Of a stretch of 50,234 bases of DNA, positions 27,920 through 36,774 are shown piece after piece. The position numbers were made by a program, and so were the translations under genes. The DNA is from an uncultured Chthoniobacterales bacterium (GTDB lineage: Bacteria; Verrucomicrobiota; Verrucomicrobiia; Chthoniobacterales; SZAS-18). The stretch is taken from assembly GCA_964246175.1 (NCBI GenBank), contig CAXTQD010000003.1, positions 1 to 50,234 on the forward strand, in the 5' to 3' direction. Below the pieces are notes generated by a model, which did not search any database, was not told where the DNA came from, and was given only the letters and a program-made list of their open reading frames with translations. Every line of letters starts with the position of its first letter. Positions within the stretch are counted from its first letter, which is position 1.

Positions 27920-28946
27920 GATGGTAACGCTTGCCCGTGAGGAGCGCGGGCAAACGCAGGAACAACTTGCACTACTCCTGGGAGTCAAACAGGGCACGTT
28001 GTGCAAACTGGAAAATGGCATTCTTGCCCCTTCGGATGATCTGAGAATCAAATTGGCCGAGGTGCTGGACCGGCCGGCAGAGTTCTTCGCTTACGCCGGA
28101 CCTATTGAGGCACCCACGTTCGTACAATACCGGCGCAAGACCAACATTGTGCCAGCGGTGATGAAGTCCTTCTGGGCGCGCATCACTTTGGCAACGCTCG
28201 AAGTGCGTAAACTGTTGGTCAGCGCAGAACTAGTCACTCAGAAACTGCCCTGCATTGATCCCGACGAATGCGCTGAGGGCGTGATCGAGGTTGCCCGCAG
28301 GATCCGCCGGATGTGGAAGCTGCCACCTGGACCTATCCGCAACTTGATGCGGCTGGTCGAGAACAGCGGCTGCCTAGTAGTCAGGTTAGATTTTGGTACC
28401 CGAAAGATCGACGGGTGCAGCGGGTTCGTGGACGAGCTGCCGGTGATTTTTATCAACACTGGCCTCTCTGCGGCCCGCCAGCGTTTGACGATTGCCCACG
28501 AACTCGGGCATCTCATCATGCACCGTTATCCCAGTGAGGAAGCCGAGGACGAAGCGTTTCTGTTTGCCTCAGAACTCCTCGCCCCAGGCAACGAACTTGA
28601 GCCGACCCTCCGGCCGCTCTCGATGGACAAACTTGCCCGCCTGAAACTGTACTGGGGCATCTCAATGCAGGCGTTAATCAAACGCGCCGAGTCGCTGGGA
28701 GCAATCCAACCCTCAACTATGCGGTACTACTGGGCAAAGATCACCCAGAGCGGCTACCGTGAGTCTGAACCGTACGACGAAGAGCAGGTCTCTGAGAAGC
28801 CTTCGCTTCTCAACGAAATTATCGACACTTACATCAAGGAGATGCACTACTCGGAAGAGGAATTAGCGCGCTTGCTCATGATGAACACGCCTGCTCTGAT
28901 GAGTAAGTACCGCGGGTTTGCCAACCATCTGCGGATCGTGAGATGA
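27897..28946 (+). CDS. XRE HTH plus ImmA/IrrE (M78) Zn metallopeptidase
   Basis: LAREERGQTQEQLALLLGVKQGTLCKLENG HTH; RQRLTIAHELGHLIMH and EDEAFLFASELLAP motifs. Confidence 0.92.
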   Translation: MSLPLRGEMVTLAREERGQTQEQLALLLGVKQGTLCKLENGILAPSDDLRIKLAEVLDRPAEFFAYAGPIEAPTFVQYRRKTNIVPAVMKSFWARITLATLEVRKLLVSAELVTQKLPCIDPDECAEGVIEVARRIRRMWKLPPGPIRNLMRLVENSGCLVVRLDFGTRKIDGCSGFVDELPVIFINTGLSAARQRLTIAHELGHLIMHRYPSEEAEDEAFLFASELLAPGNELEPTLRPLSMDKLARLKLYWGISMQALIKRAESLGAIQPSTMRYYWAKITQSGYRESEPYDEEQVSEKPSLLNEIIDTYIKEMHYSEEELARLLMMNTPALMSKYRGFANHLRIVR

Positions 28947-29009
28947 CTTCTTTGTTCGCCCCAGGCGTGTGACTGCTCGCTCGTAAACCGCAATGCTGGT
29001 TGACTCGCC

Positions 29010-29444
29010 ATGATCACCTCTGACGAGAAGCCCCGCTTCCTCAACATTCAGGACACCGCTGCACGACTTGGCAAAAGTGGTCAAGTCGTTGCGATGTGGA
29101 TTGAGGAAGGACGCCTCCCCGTACTGAACATCGCACCAGAACCCAGCGTGACCCGTGCGGCGTACCGCATCCCTGATGGTGTCGCGGTGGATTCCGGTCC
29201 GTGGTCTCCTGCTGCCTTCAGTCTGCCTTGGCCTCCCCCGCCTGGCACTTCTCAACCTTTACTTCCCATAAAAGCCGTCGCCGAGATGTTTAGCTGCTCT
29301 CTCGAAAACGTCGCTCATCTGATCCGAGCGGGAAGGTTAGAAGCCTTCGATCTATCGAGTAGGGGTGGCAAGGTACGACGCGCTCTTTATCGAATGAGCG
29401 TGCCCGCCGTGAACAGGTTTGTTGTTGCTAACCTCACTCCCTGA
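29010..29444 (+). CDS. Tandem excisionase-like (HTH_17) DNA-binding protein
   Basis: Two repeats: LNIQDTAARLGKSGQVVAMWIEEGRL...AYRIP and LLPIKAVAEMFSCSLENVAHLIRAGRL...LYRMS. Confidence 0.75.
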   Translation: MITSDEKPRFLNIQDTAARLGKSGQVVAMWIEEGRLPVLNIAPEPSVTRAAYRIPDGVAVDSGPWSPAAFSLPWPPPPGTSQPLLPIKAVAEMFSCSLENVAHLIRAGRLEAFDLSSRGGKVRRALYRMSVPAVNRFVVANLTP

Positions 29445-29451
29445 CAAGCGG

Positions 29452-29479
29452 TTTGCACGCGCTTTGCAGAGCCTTTGAA
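29452..29479 (+). repeat. TTTGCA/TTTGAA x3 with 11-bp period
   Basis: TTTGCA at 29452 and 29463, TTTGAA at 29474. Confidence 0.7.
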
Positions 29480-29542
29480 AAGCTCGACAAAGCTCCGCCA
29501 ATAGCCCAAGTCGGCGGATTCGTGGTAAAAACCAGGTTCCAG

Positions 29543-29794
29543 GTTCCAACCTTTCTTCCCGGTAGAAATGTTAAGAAAAGGCTGGAACTACGGCAGTGCA
29601 GAACGTCGAATAACGTTGCGCTAGAGCTACTTGCGAAGGAATTTGCTTCTGGCGGAAAGGTTCCACCCTTTCATAACAGATGCCGAAAGTTCTTAACAAA
29701 TGCAGGCGGCGTAGCCGCTATGATTTGCTCTGTAAGTGCCTCGTTCCCAGCATCAGCTAGGCTTTCCACCCTTAGGTCAGCCTTTTAACAACTA
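29543..29794. repeat. Right-end cluster of putative transposase-binding motifs
   Basis: Copies of TGTTAAGAAAAGGGTGGAAC at 29543-29557 (-, partial), 29569-29588 (+), 29660-29678 (-), 29690-29699 (-, half) and 29764-29794 (-, split). Confidence 0.75.
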
Positions 29795-29826
29795 GATCGG
29801 GAAGGTGTAGAACAGGAGGCAGCGAG

Positions 29827-29900
29827 TGCAGCCGGCGGGGGTCGAACCCACAACCTTCGGCTTCGGAGACCGACGCTCTATCCAATTGAGCTACGGCTGC
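29827..29900 (-). tRNA. tRNA-Arg(CCG)
   Basis: GCAGCCG acceptor stem; GCTC/GAGC D-arm; anticodon loop CTCCGAA; GGTTCGACCC T-arm; CCA not encoded. Confidence 0.97.
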
Positions 29901-29985
29901 ATTCTCGCCGTTTTCGGCGGCCTTGCCGAAACGGGAGCGATACCTTAATGGTTCCCTCCGCCGACCGCAACCCCTCTCTTCCGCC

Positions 29986-30768
29986 ATGTTCGTGCCCACG
30001 CCGCGCCTCGTCGTCAAGCTCGGCACCGGATTGCTCACGCAGCCCGGCGGCACGGCGCTGGACGAGGAACAGTTCCAGCGGCTGGCAAAGGAGGTTGCTG
30101 CGCTCGTGGCACGCGGGCACCAGTGTATCGTCGTCACGAGTGGGGCGGTGGCGGCGGGGATGAGCGTGCTCGGGTTGACGGAGCGTTCGGCCGACACGCC
30201 GACGGTGCAGGCGTGCGCGGCCATCGGCCAGTCGCAGCTCATGCGCGTGTACGAGACGCATTTTGCCCGGCACGGACTGGCCGTCGCGCAACTCCTCCTC
30301 ACTCACCAGGATCTTGACAGTCGCACCCGCTACGCCAACGCGCAGAACACCCTCCGATGCCTGCTGACCCATGGCGGGGTAGTGCCCATCATCAACGAAA
30401 ATGACAGCGTCGCCGTCGAGGAACTCCGTTTCGGCGATAACGACCGGCTTTCGGCCGAAGTCGCTGTATTGGCGGATGCCAACCTGCTCGTGGTGCTCAC
30501 CAGCGCCGAGGGGCTCACGCGCGACGGCACCGGTGAGGGCGCGCCCATCCCGGTCGTAGAAAACGTGGGCGAGGTCCTCGCCCTCGCCAGCGAACGCAAG
30601 GGCTGGCTCTCGACCGGCGGCATGACGACCAAGCTCCAAGCGGTCAAGCGCGCCGTGGAAGCGGGCATACCAGCCGTGATCGCTAACGGACGAACGCCCG
30701 GCTTGCTGGAACGCATCGTCGCGGGTGAGGAAGTCGGCACGCGCTTCGTGGTGCCCGCGCGACACTAG
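29986..30768 (+). CDS. proB: Glutamate 5-kinase (no PUA domain)
   Basis: VVKLGTG, TSGAVAAG, PIINENDSV, FGDNDRLSA and TGGMTTK motifs. Confidence 0.96.
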   Translation: MFVPTPRLVVKLGTGLLTQPGGTALDEEQFQRLAKEVAALVARGHQCIVVTSGAVAAGMSVLGLTERSADTPTVQACAAIGQSQLMRVYETHFARHGLAVAQLLLTHQDLDSRTRYANAQNTLRCLLTHGGVVPIINENDSVAVEELRFGDNDRLSAEVAVLADANLLVVLTSAEGLTRDGTGEGAPIPVVENVGEVLALASERKGWLSTGGMTTKLQAVKRAVEAGIPAVIANGRTPGLLERIVAGEEVGTRFVVPARH

Positions 30769-30772
30769 CCAC

Positions 30773-32032
30773 ATGGACCTCGCCGCCGAAATCCTCGACC
30801 TCGGCCGCCGCGCGAAGGCTGCCGCCAGCGAACTCGCCCGCTTGTCCACCGAGCGCAAAAACGCCGGCCTGCTCGCCATGGCTGATGCGCTCGGTGGACA
30901 CCGCGACACGATCCTCTCTGCCAATGCGCTTGATGTGGACGCCGCCCGCGCTGCCGGTTTGTCCGGAGCGATGATCGACCGCCTGCGGCTTGATGATAAA
31001 CGCCTCGCCGCCATGGCCGACGGCGTGCGGGCAGTGGCGACGTTGGACGATCCCGTCGGCGAGACCCTCCGCACCTGGACGCGCCCCAACAGCCTCGTCA
31101 TCAACAAGGTGCGTGTGCCCATCGGCGTGGTCGGCATCATCTACGAGTCGCGGCCCAACGTCACCAGCGACGCCGCCGTCCTCTGCACGAAGACGGGTAA
31201 CGCCGCTCTCCTGCGCGGCGGCAGCGAGGCTTTGCGTTCTAATCTCGCCATCGCCGAAGCCCTGCGCGATGGGGCGGCGCGGGCTGGTTTGCCGGCGGAC
31301 AGCATTCTGCTCATTCCGCGCACCGACCGTGAGGCCGTGCGGTTGATGGCCGAGATGGACCGGTTTGTGGACATGATCGTCCCACGCGGCGGCACGGCGC
31401 TCATTGAGACGGTTGTTCGTCACGCGCGGATGCCGGTCATCAAGCACTACCACGGGGTCTGTGTCCTGTACGTGGACCGCGCCGCCGACCAGGACATGGC
31501 CGAGTGCATCCTCCTAAACGCGAAGTGCCAGCGCCCGGGGGTGTGCAACGCCGTCGAAACGCTGCTCGTGCACCGGGAGATCGCGGACGAATTTCTGCCG
31601 CGGGCGGCAGCGACGCTGTGGGAAGAAGGCGTCGAAATCCACGGCGACGTAGTGGCGCGCGGCCTGCTCGGGGAGCGCGTCGTACCCGCGACGGAGGAAG
31701 ATTGGACGACCGAGTACCTTGATTTGAAGTTGGCGGTTCGTGTCGTCGGCGACTTGGAAGAGGCCATCGCGCACATCGAGGCGCACGGGTCGCACCACAG
31801 CGATGCCATCGTCACGGCGGACGAGGCGGCGGGGGAGCGCTTCCTCAGCGAGGTGGACTCCGCGACCGTGTACTGGAACGCCAGCACGCGGTTCACGGAC
31901 GGCGGCGAATTCGGCTTTGGAGCGGAGATCGGGATCAGCACCGACAAGCTCCACGCCCGTGGCCCGATGGCGCTCGAAGAGCTGACCACTTACAAGTATG
32001 TCATCCGCGGCACCGGTCAGGTGCGGACCTGA
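30773..32032 (+). CDS. proA: Gamma-glutamyl phosphate reductase
   Basis: IIYESRPNVT, CNAVETLL and NASTRFTDGGEFGFGAEIGIST motifs. Confidence 0.97.
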   Translation: MDLAAEILDLGRRAKAAASELARLSTERKNAGLLAMADALGGHRDTILSANALDVDAARAAGLSGAMIDRLRLDDKRLAAMADGVRAVATLDDPVGETLRTWTRPNSLVINKVRVPIGVVGIIYESRPNVTSDAAVLCTKTGNAALLRGGSEALRSNLAIAEALRDGAARAGLPADSILLIPRTDREAVRLMAEMDRFVDMIVPRGGTALIETVVRHARMPVIKHYHGVCVLYVDRAADQDMAECILLNAKCQRPGVCNAVETLLVHREIADEFLPRAAATLWEEGVEIHGDVVARGLLGERVVPATEEDWTTEYLDLKLAVRVVGDLEEAIAHIEAHGSHHSDAIVTADEAAGERFLSEVDSATVYWNASTRFTDGGEFGFGAEIGISTDKLHARGPMALEELTTYKYVIRGTGQVRT

Positions 32033-32044
32033 GCCGGCAGCGAG

Positions 32045-32277
32045 AACTGAGCGGCTGCCGCCAGTAGACTGGCCGCCGCTGGGAGAAGCGTTGGCGCGAC
32101 CTCCACCCACGGACCCAGTCGTCGCCTGCGAACCGGCCCCCGAGCTGCCAGGGAAGGAAGTGCCCTGCGTCTGCCCGCCGATGTTGCGGCCGGTTACTGG
32201 GTGGGAGCGTTGCCGGACTGGGCGCAGCCGGCCGACAGCAGACAGAGCGAGACAAAGAGGAAAGCGGGAATCTTTAT
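32045..32277 (-). pseudogene. Degraded small Gly/Ser-rich lipoprotein gene
   Basis: From ATA at 32277: IKIPAFLFVSLCLLSAGC (lipobox) then a stop at 32194; a Gly/Ser-rich tail continues in another frame. 3' limit approximate. Confidence 0.4.
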
Positions 32278-32317
32278 CTCCCTTCCTTCGCAAGGTTATC
32301 CATGACCGGCGGTGTCC

Positions 32318-33613
32318 TTATTCGCCGTCGAAGCGGATCGCGGCGGAGCGGCCGTGCGCGTCCAACCCTTCGATGTCGCTGAACGCCTGGACCACGGGCA
32401 ACGAGTGCCGCAGGGCGTCAGCGTCGAAGCGCAAGACGCTCGTGCGCCGCTGGAACTGATCGACCGTCAGCCCCGCGAACGATTTACCCGCCCCGCCCGT
32501 GGGCAAGGTGTGGCTCGGCCCCGCGACGAAGTCCCCCCCGGCTACCGGTGCCCACCCCCCCAAGAAGATCGCCCCGGCTGTGCCGACACGCGCGGCGACG
32601 GCGTCGGGATCGGCCGTGCAGATTGAGAGGTGTTCGGGCGCGAAGGCTTCGGCGATCGCGATGGCTTGGTCGAGGTCGCGCGTCAGGCAGAGGAAAGCAT
32701 CTTTTTCCAGCACGGGGCCGAGCTGGGCTTGGCGGTGGAGGCGGGTGAGTTGCTCGACGACGGCCCGCTCGACGGCGGCGAGGAGGGGTTCCGAGTCGGT
32801 CAGCAGGCCGATGACGCTGTTCGCGCCGTGTTCGGCCTGGGCGAGGAGGTCGGCCGCGATCCAGGCGGGATTGGCGGCACCGTCGGCGACCACGAGGATT
32901 TCGCTCGGGCCGGGGAGTTGGTCCACGGCGACTGGGCCGAAGACCTGGCGCTTGGCTTCGATGACGTAGGCGTTGCCAGGGCCGAAGATTTTCACAACGG
33001 GAGTGATCGTGGCCGTGCCGTAAGCGAGCGCCGCGACCGCCTGGGCACCGCCGACTTTGTAGACTTCCGTGGCGCCAGCGAGGGAGAGGGCGCAGAGCAG
33101 GGCGGTGGCGATGTTCCCTTCGCGATCGGCGGGCGTGGTGACGACGATTTCCGGCACCCCGGCGGCGGCGGCGAGGGTGCAGGTCATGATCGCCGTGGAA
33201 ACCAGCGGCGCGGTGCCGCCGGGCACGTAGATGCCCACGCGCGGGAAGGGGGTAAAGCGTTCGCCGACCTGCACGCCTTGGCGGTTGTGCATGTGCCAGT
33301 CGTGGCGCAGGGAGCGCAGGGCGAAGGCGCGGACGTTCTCGTGCGCCTCGGCAAGGGCGTGCTGGACCCGGGCATCGGTGGCGTGCGCGGCGGCAGTAAA
33401 CTCTGCGGGCGTGACGCGCAGCCTGCTCGCGTCCGTGAACGCTGGCCCGCCGAAGCGGGTGTTGAGGCGCAGCAATGCCCCGTCACCGTCGGCGCGGACC
33501 TCCGCGATGATGGCGGCGACGGTCTGTTGCACGTCGACGGCAGGAATCGGTCGGCGGTCGAAGCTTTTCAGGACGGCCGGAAAGCCGGCGTCGTCGTATC
33601 GGAAGGTGCGCAT
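32318..33613 (-). CDS. hisD: Histidinol dehydrogenase
   Basis: GIYVPGG, GPGNAYV, GPSEI, DLLAQAEH, APEHL and GPSHTLPT motifs. Confidence 0.97.
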   Translation of the reverse strand: MRTFRYDDAGFPAVLKSFDRRPIPAVDVQQTVAAIIAEVRADGDGALLRLNTRFGGPAFTDASRLRVTPAEFTAAAHATDARVQHALAEAHENVRAFALRSLRHDWHMHNRQGVQVGERFTPFPRVGIYVPGGTAPLVSTAIMTCTLAAAAGVPEIVVTTPADREGNIATALLCALSLAGATEVYKVGGAQAVAALAYGTATITPVVKIFGPGNAYVIEAKRQVFGPVAVDQLPGPSEILVVADGAANPAWIAADLLAQAEHGANSVIGLLTDSEPLLAAVERAVVEQLTRLHRQAQLGPVLEKDAFLCLTRDLDQAIAIAEAFAPEHLSICTADPDAVAARVGTAGAIFLGGWAPVAGGDFVAGPSHTLPTGGAGKSFAGLTVDQFQRRTSVLRFDADALRHSLPVVQAFSDIEGLDAHGRSAAIRFDGE

Positions 33614-33657
33614 GAGGCTTCACCCATAGCACTGCCCGGCGCGCTGTCACTCCTTCC

Positions 33658-34731
33658 ATGCGACTCCTCTTCCTCGGCGGTCTGGGTCCCTACCCGGAAA
33701 GGATGGCAGCCTTCACACGTGATGGTCACCAACTCTGGCACCTGAGCACCGAATGGCTGCCTGATGAGGTCGGGCTCGTGCCTTGGGAAGTGGTGGAGCG
33801 GTTCGAGCCAGAGGCTTCCGCCGCGGAGCGGGCTGCCATCGCGCGCGAGTGGATCGGCCGGCACGAGATCGACGCCATTTATTCGTTGCTCAACGTCTGG
33901 GACGGTAGCCCAGCGGTGACAGCGGCCCTCCTGCGCGCGGATTGTCCGGTGCCAGTTGTCCGGCATTACAAGGAACAATACCTACGCCCGGACGAGGACG
34001 AGCGCACCTGCCTGGAGGAGAGTGCCGGAGTGGTTCTCCTCAATGAGGAATCGCACCGGTTTTTCGCGGAACGTTACCGGCTACCGGAGCGCGTGACTTG
34101 CCTCGATGCCGACGGGTTACCGGCCTGCTACCTGGCGGGCGAACGGCAGCTGAAGCTCTCGGCCACCGACGGCCGCGCGCACCTGCTCATCGCCGGGACC
34201 GCCACGGACGACGGCGGCCGGTACGACTACCGCCCGACGATTCGCGCGTTGACATTGGCCGGGGCGCACGTCCATCTGTATGGGCAGTTCCGACGGTTAC
34301 AGCCGAGCGGCCAGATGCACAACGAGCCCGCCGTTGCCGACGCCTATCGGGATGCAGGGGCAGGCGGCCGGTTGCACCTGCACGCACCAGTGCGGCCGGC
34401 GGAGTTCGTGGCGGCGTGGTCGCCGTACGACGCGGGGCTTCTGCACCATCCCGAGTCGGCGGACGCATTCCGCGCGTTGAATCTGCCCAACCGCTACAGC
34501 GCCTACCTCGCGGCGGGGCTGCCGGTGGCGACGGTCGCGGGCGAGATGCCGGCCATGGAGCGGCATCTCGAAGTTCTCGGCGCCCCGGCGATTTGCTACC
34601 GCGATCCGGCTGAACTTGCCGGCCAACTGCCCGATCCGCCGGCCAGTGAACGGGCCTGGGCAGCGCGGGGAGGAGCAACGTTCGAGGCCGTGTACCCGCG
34701 GTTGGTCGAATTCATTCGCTCCTGCCTCTGA
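33658..34731 (+). CDS. Glycosyltransferase-like (GT-B) hypothetical protein
   Basis: MRLLFLG N-terminus; YDAGLL...LNLPNRYSAYLAAGLPV resembles the GT4 PNKxxEYxAAGLPV motif. Confidence 0.65.
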   Translation: MRLLFLGGLGPYPERMAAFTRDGHQLWHLSTEWLPDEVGLVPWEVVERFEPEASAAERAAIAREWIGRHEIDAIYSLLNVWDGSPAVTAALLRADCPVPVVRHYKEQYLRPDEDERTCLEESAGVVLLNEESHRFFAERYRLPERVTCLDADGLPACYLAGERQLKLSATDGRAHLLIAGTATDDGGRYDYRPTIRALTLAGAHVHLYGQFRRLQPSGQMHNEPAVADAYRDAGAGGRLHLHAPVRPAEFVAAWSPYDAGLLHHPESADAFRALNLPNRYSAYLAAGLPVATVAGEMPAMERHLEVLGAPAICYRDPAELAGQLPDPPASERAWAARGGATFEAVYPRLVEFIRSCL

Positions 34732-34757
34732 ACACCGCTGACGCTGTAGGGGGCGCA

Positions 34758-35978
34758 TCAGCCCTTGTTCAGCCCGACGCCAGAGGCACGCTTGGCGAGG
34801 TTGCGCCCGGGCCTGCCATTCTTCTTCACCGTGGCCGCGGTGCCAAAGTCTTTCACGTCCGAAACGTCTGTCCGGTGGGCGATCTTCTCGACCGTGCCGT
34901 GCTTGAGGTATTCCGCCCGAATAGCCGCGAGTTGTTCGTCGCGGCGGGCGTAAAGGTTCTTCCTCTTGCGCGGGGCGACTTTGCTCAACGCGTAGGCCGT
35001 CACCAGCGGGAGCGAAATTGTCGAATCCACGTAGCACACCACGCACGCCGGCAGATTGCCCGGGTCGATCTTGCCCCAACTCACCGCCTCTGCTGGCGTC
35101 GCGCCGCTCAGGCCGCCCGTGTCCGGCCGCGCATCGGTGCATTGCAGGAAGTAGTCGTGCCCGCGCTCCTCGATGCCCATGACTTCCTGAATCTGCGGCT
35201 CGGTCTGGAGGATGAAGTTCTTCGGGCTGCCACCGCCTAAGATGAACACGCTCGAAGTGCCGCCCCGGCGCTTGGCGTCGTAGACGATGGCGGCCGTTTG
35301 GTTCACGTCGCGGTTCACGTCGAAGGTCAGCTTGGAGTCACGTAACGCCATCGCGGCGACGTTCATGCCGATGGAACTATCCCCTGGGCTGCTAGTAAAA
35401 ATCGGCACCCCGTACTGGTACGCCGCGCTCAGGACACTCGTTTCCTTGATGCCCAGCTTCTTCTCGCGCTCGTACACGTACCGGCCGAGCAGGTGATGGA
35501 ACTCGTCCGTGCCCATCGCCTGCTGGAACTCCGGTCCCGCGATCACCTGCCGCACGAAGGCGTCAGTGTCCAACAGCACGTCGTAGGAAAACAGCACGTC
35601 GTAGATGCGGATAACCCCGTCGTTGCGCAGCACGATGTCATCCACGAAGGGTGACCCGGCGAAAAGTTCCATCCCCAAGCCGTAGTGCAGGTCGTGGTAC
35701 AGGTTCGCGCCCGTGGAGACGATCCAATCCACGAAGCCGGCCTTCATCAAGGGCACCACCGCCGCGCGCCCCAGACCGGCGGGGGTCAGGGCCCCGGTGA
35801 GCGTCATGCCGACCGTGCCGTCCTTGGCCAGCATCTTTTCGGTAAAAAGCCGGCACGCCTCGCCCAGCCGGGCGGCGTTGTACGCCTTGAAGGTCGTGTC
35901 GATCAGATCGGCCACCCGGACGTTTTTCTTGATCGGTTCGGGCAGCAGCCGCGGGAATTGCTTGTTGAGCGTGGGCAT
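34758..35978 (-). CDS. Deoxyhypusine synthase-like protein (homospermidine biosynthesis, SpeY-like)
   Basis: [31 protein letters not shown] and [18 protein letters not shown] motifs. Confidence 0.9.
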   Translation of the reverse strand: MPTLNKQFPRLLPEPIKKNVRVADLIDTTFKAYNAARLGEACRLFTEKMLAKDGTVGMTLTGALTPAGLGRAAVVPLMKAGFVDWIVSTGANLYHDLHYGLGMELFAGSPFVDDIVLRNDGVIRIYDVLFSYDVLLDTDAFVRQVIAGPEFQQAMGTDEFHHLLGRYVYEREKKLGIKETSVLSAAYQYGVPIFTSSPGDSSIGMNVAAMALRDSKLTFDVNRDVNQTAAIVYDAKRRGGTSSVFILGGGSPKNFILQTEPQIQEVMGIEERGHDYFLQCTDARPDTGGLSGATPAEAVSWGKIDPGNLPACVVCYVDSTISLPLVTAYALSKVAPRKRKNLYARRDEQLAAIRAEYLKHGTVEKIAHRTDVSDVKDFGTAATVKKNGRPGRNLAKRASGVGLNKG

Positions 35979-36171
35979 GGGACCCAGATCATGCGGCAAG
36001 ATTTCGCCGCGGAGAAGGGCAAAAATACCGGCGCTTCTCCCAGGTCGTGCAACCGCCCCGCCGGTCCGCAGGCGTCCAGCGCGCCCGGGCGCGCCGATGG
36101 TGCATGAGGGTCCCCCTTTGCATCCATGCGAATTGCGTTTATGTCTACCGCCTCTCCGCATTTGCATTTCT

Positions 36172-36774
36172 ATGGAAGCCCCGACCCTCTCTGCGCCGGA
36201 ACCAGCCCCCATCGGCGACGAAACCCTCATGGCGCGCATCCAGGAGCGCGAGCCCGAAGCCCTGGCCGCACTCTACGATCGGTACAGCGGAATCTTGAAG
36301 AGTCTGATCATGGGTGTCATCCACAACGACGCCGAGGCAGACGACTTGCTACAAGAGATCTACATGGAGATCTGGAACCAGGCCGCGCACTACTCCGCGC
36401 AGAAGGGCAAACCCCTAGGCTGGATCGTGACTTTGACGCGGCGGCGTTCCATCGACCGTTTACGCAAAAAGCAGGCGTACGCCCGAGCGGAGGAGCGGCT
36501 CCAAAACGAAACCGAGCAGCAGCCCGAGGCCTGGGTCCACAACTCGACGGAGGACGACATCGAAGTGTCGGACACACGCCGCCTGATCATGGGCATCCTC
36601 AAGAACCTACCGCCAGCCCAGCGCGAAGCCATCGACATGGCTTTCTATCACGGCATGAGCCAGCGCGAAATCGCTGCCAAGACGGGTATTCCGCTGGGCA
36701 CCATCAAGACGCGGCTCGAACTGGGCCTCAAAAAAATCAGCGAGGCGCTGCGGGGGATGAAGGATGAATTCTGA
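36172..36774 (+). CDS. ECF sigma-70 factor (SigK-like)
   Basis: [25 protein letters not shown] and [18 protein letters not shown] motifs. Confidence 0.93.
   Translation: MEAPTLSAPEPAPIGDETLMARIQEREPEALAALYDRYSGILKSLIMGVIHNDAEADDLLQEIYMEIWNQAAHYSAQKGKPLGWIVTLTRRRSIDRLRKKQAYARAEERLQNETEQQPEAWVHNSTEDDIEVSDTRRLIMGILKNLPPAQREAIDMAFYHGMSQREIAAKTGIPLGTIKTRLELGLKKISEALRGMKDEF

Larger units (their letters stand above)
13109..29790. mobile_element. Mu-like transposable element carrying a partial phage morphogenesis module (candidate transposable phage satellite), ~16.7 kb
   Basis: Begins TGTTAAG at 13109 and ends TTAACA at 29790 (alternative end 29698). Contains Mu-type transposase and ATPase, tape measure, tail chaperone, decoration protein and repressors. 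Flanked by host genes and tRNA-Arg. No target-site duplication found. Confidence 0.8.

Noticed and set aside
13099-29714. 9-bp direct repeat GCGGCGTAG (13099-13107 and 29706-29714) as a target-site duplication
   Set aside because: It does not abut the CA end (7-bp gap after 29698), further end motifs lie outside it, and Mu/Tn7-type enzymes make 5-bp duplications.
29453-29788. 111-aa ORF at the right end of the element
   Set aside because: It runs entirely across the end-motif cluster, starts at TTG and has no protein-like features.
13109-29790. Tn7-like or CRISPR-associated transposon
   Set aside because: No TnsA, TniQ/TnsD, Cas gene or repeat-spacer array seen; the transposase has a Mu-type N-terminal HTH.
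13109-29790. Complete autonomous prophage, tailocin or gene transfer agent
   Set aside because: No recognisable large terminase, portal, major capsid, tail tube/sheath, baseplate or lysis genes.
29986-30768. proB as a truncated pseudogene
   Set aside because: PUA-less glutamate 5-kinases are a normal form; all catalytic motifs are present and proA follows 4 bp later.
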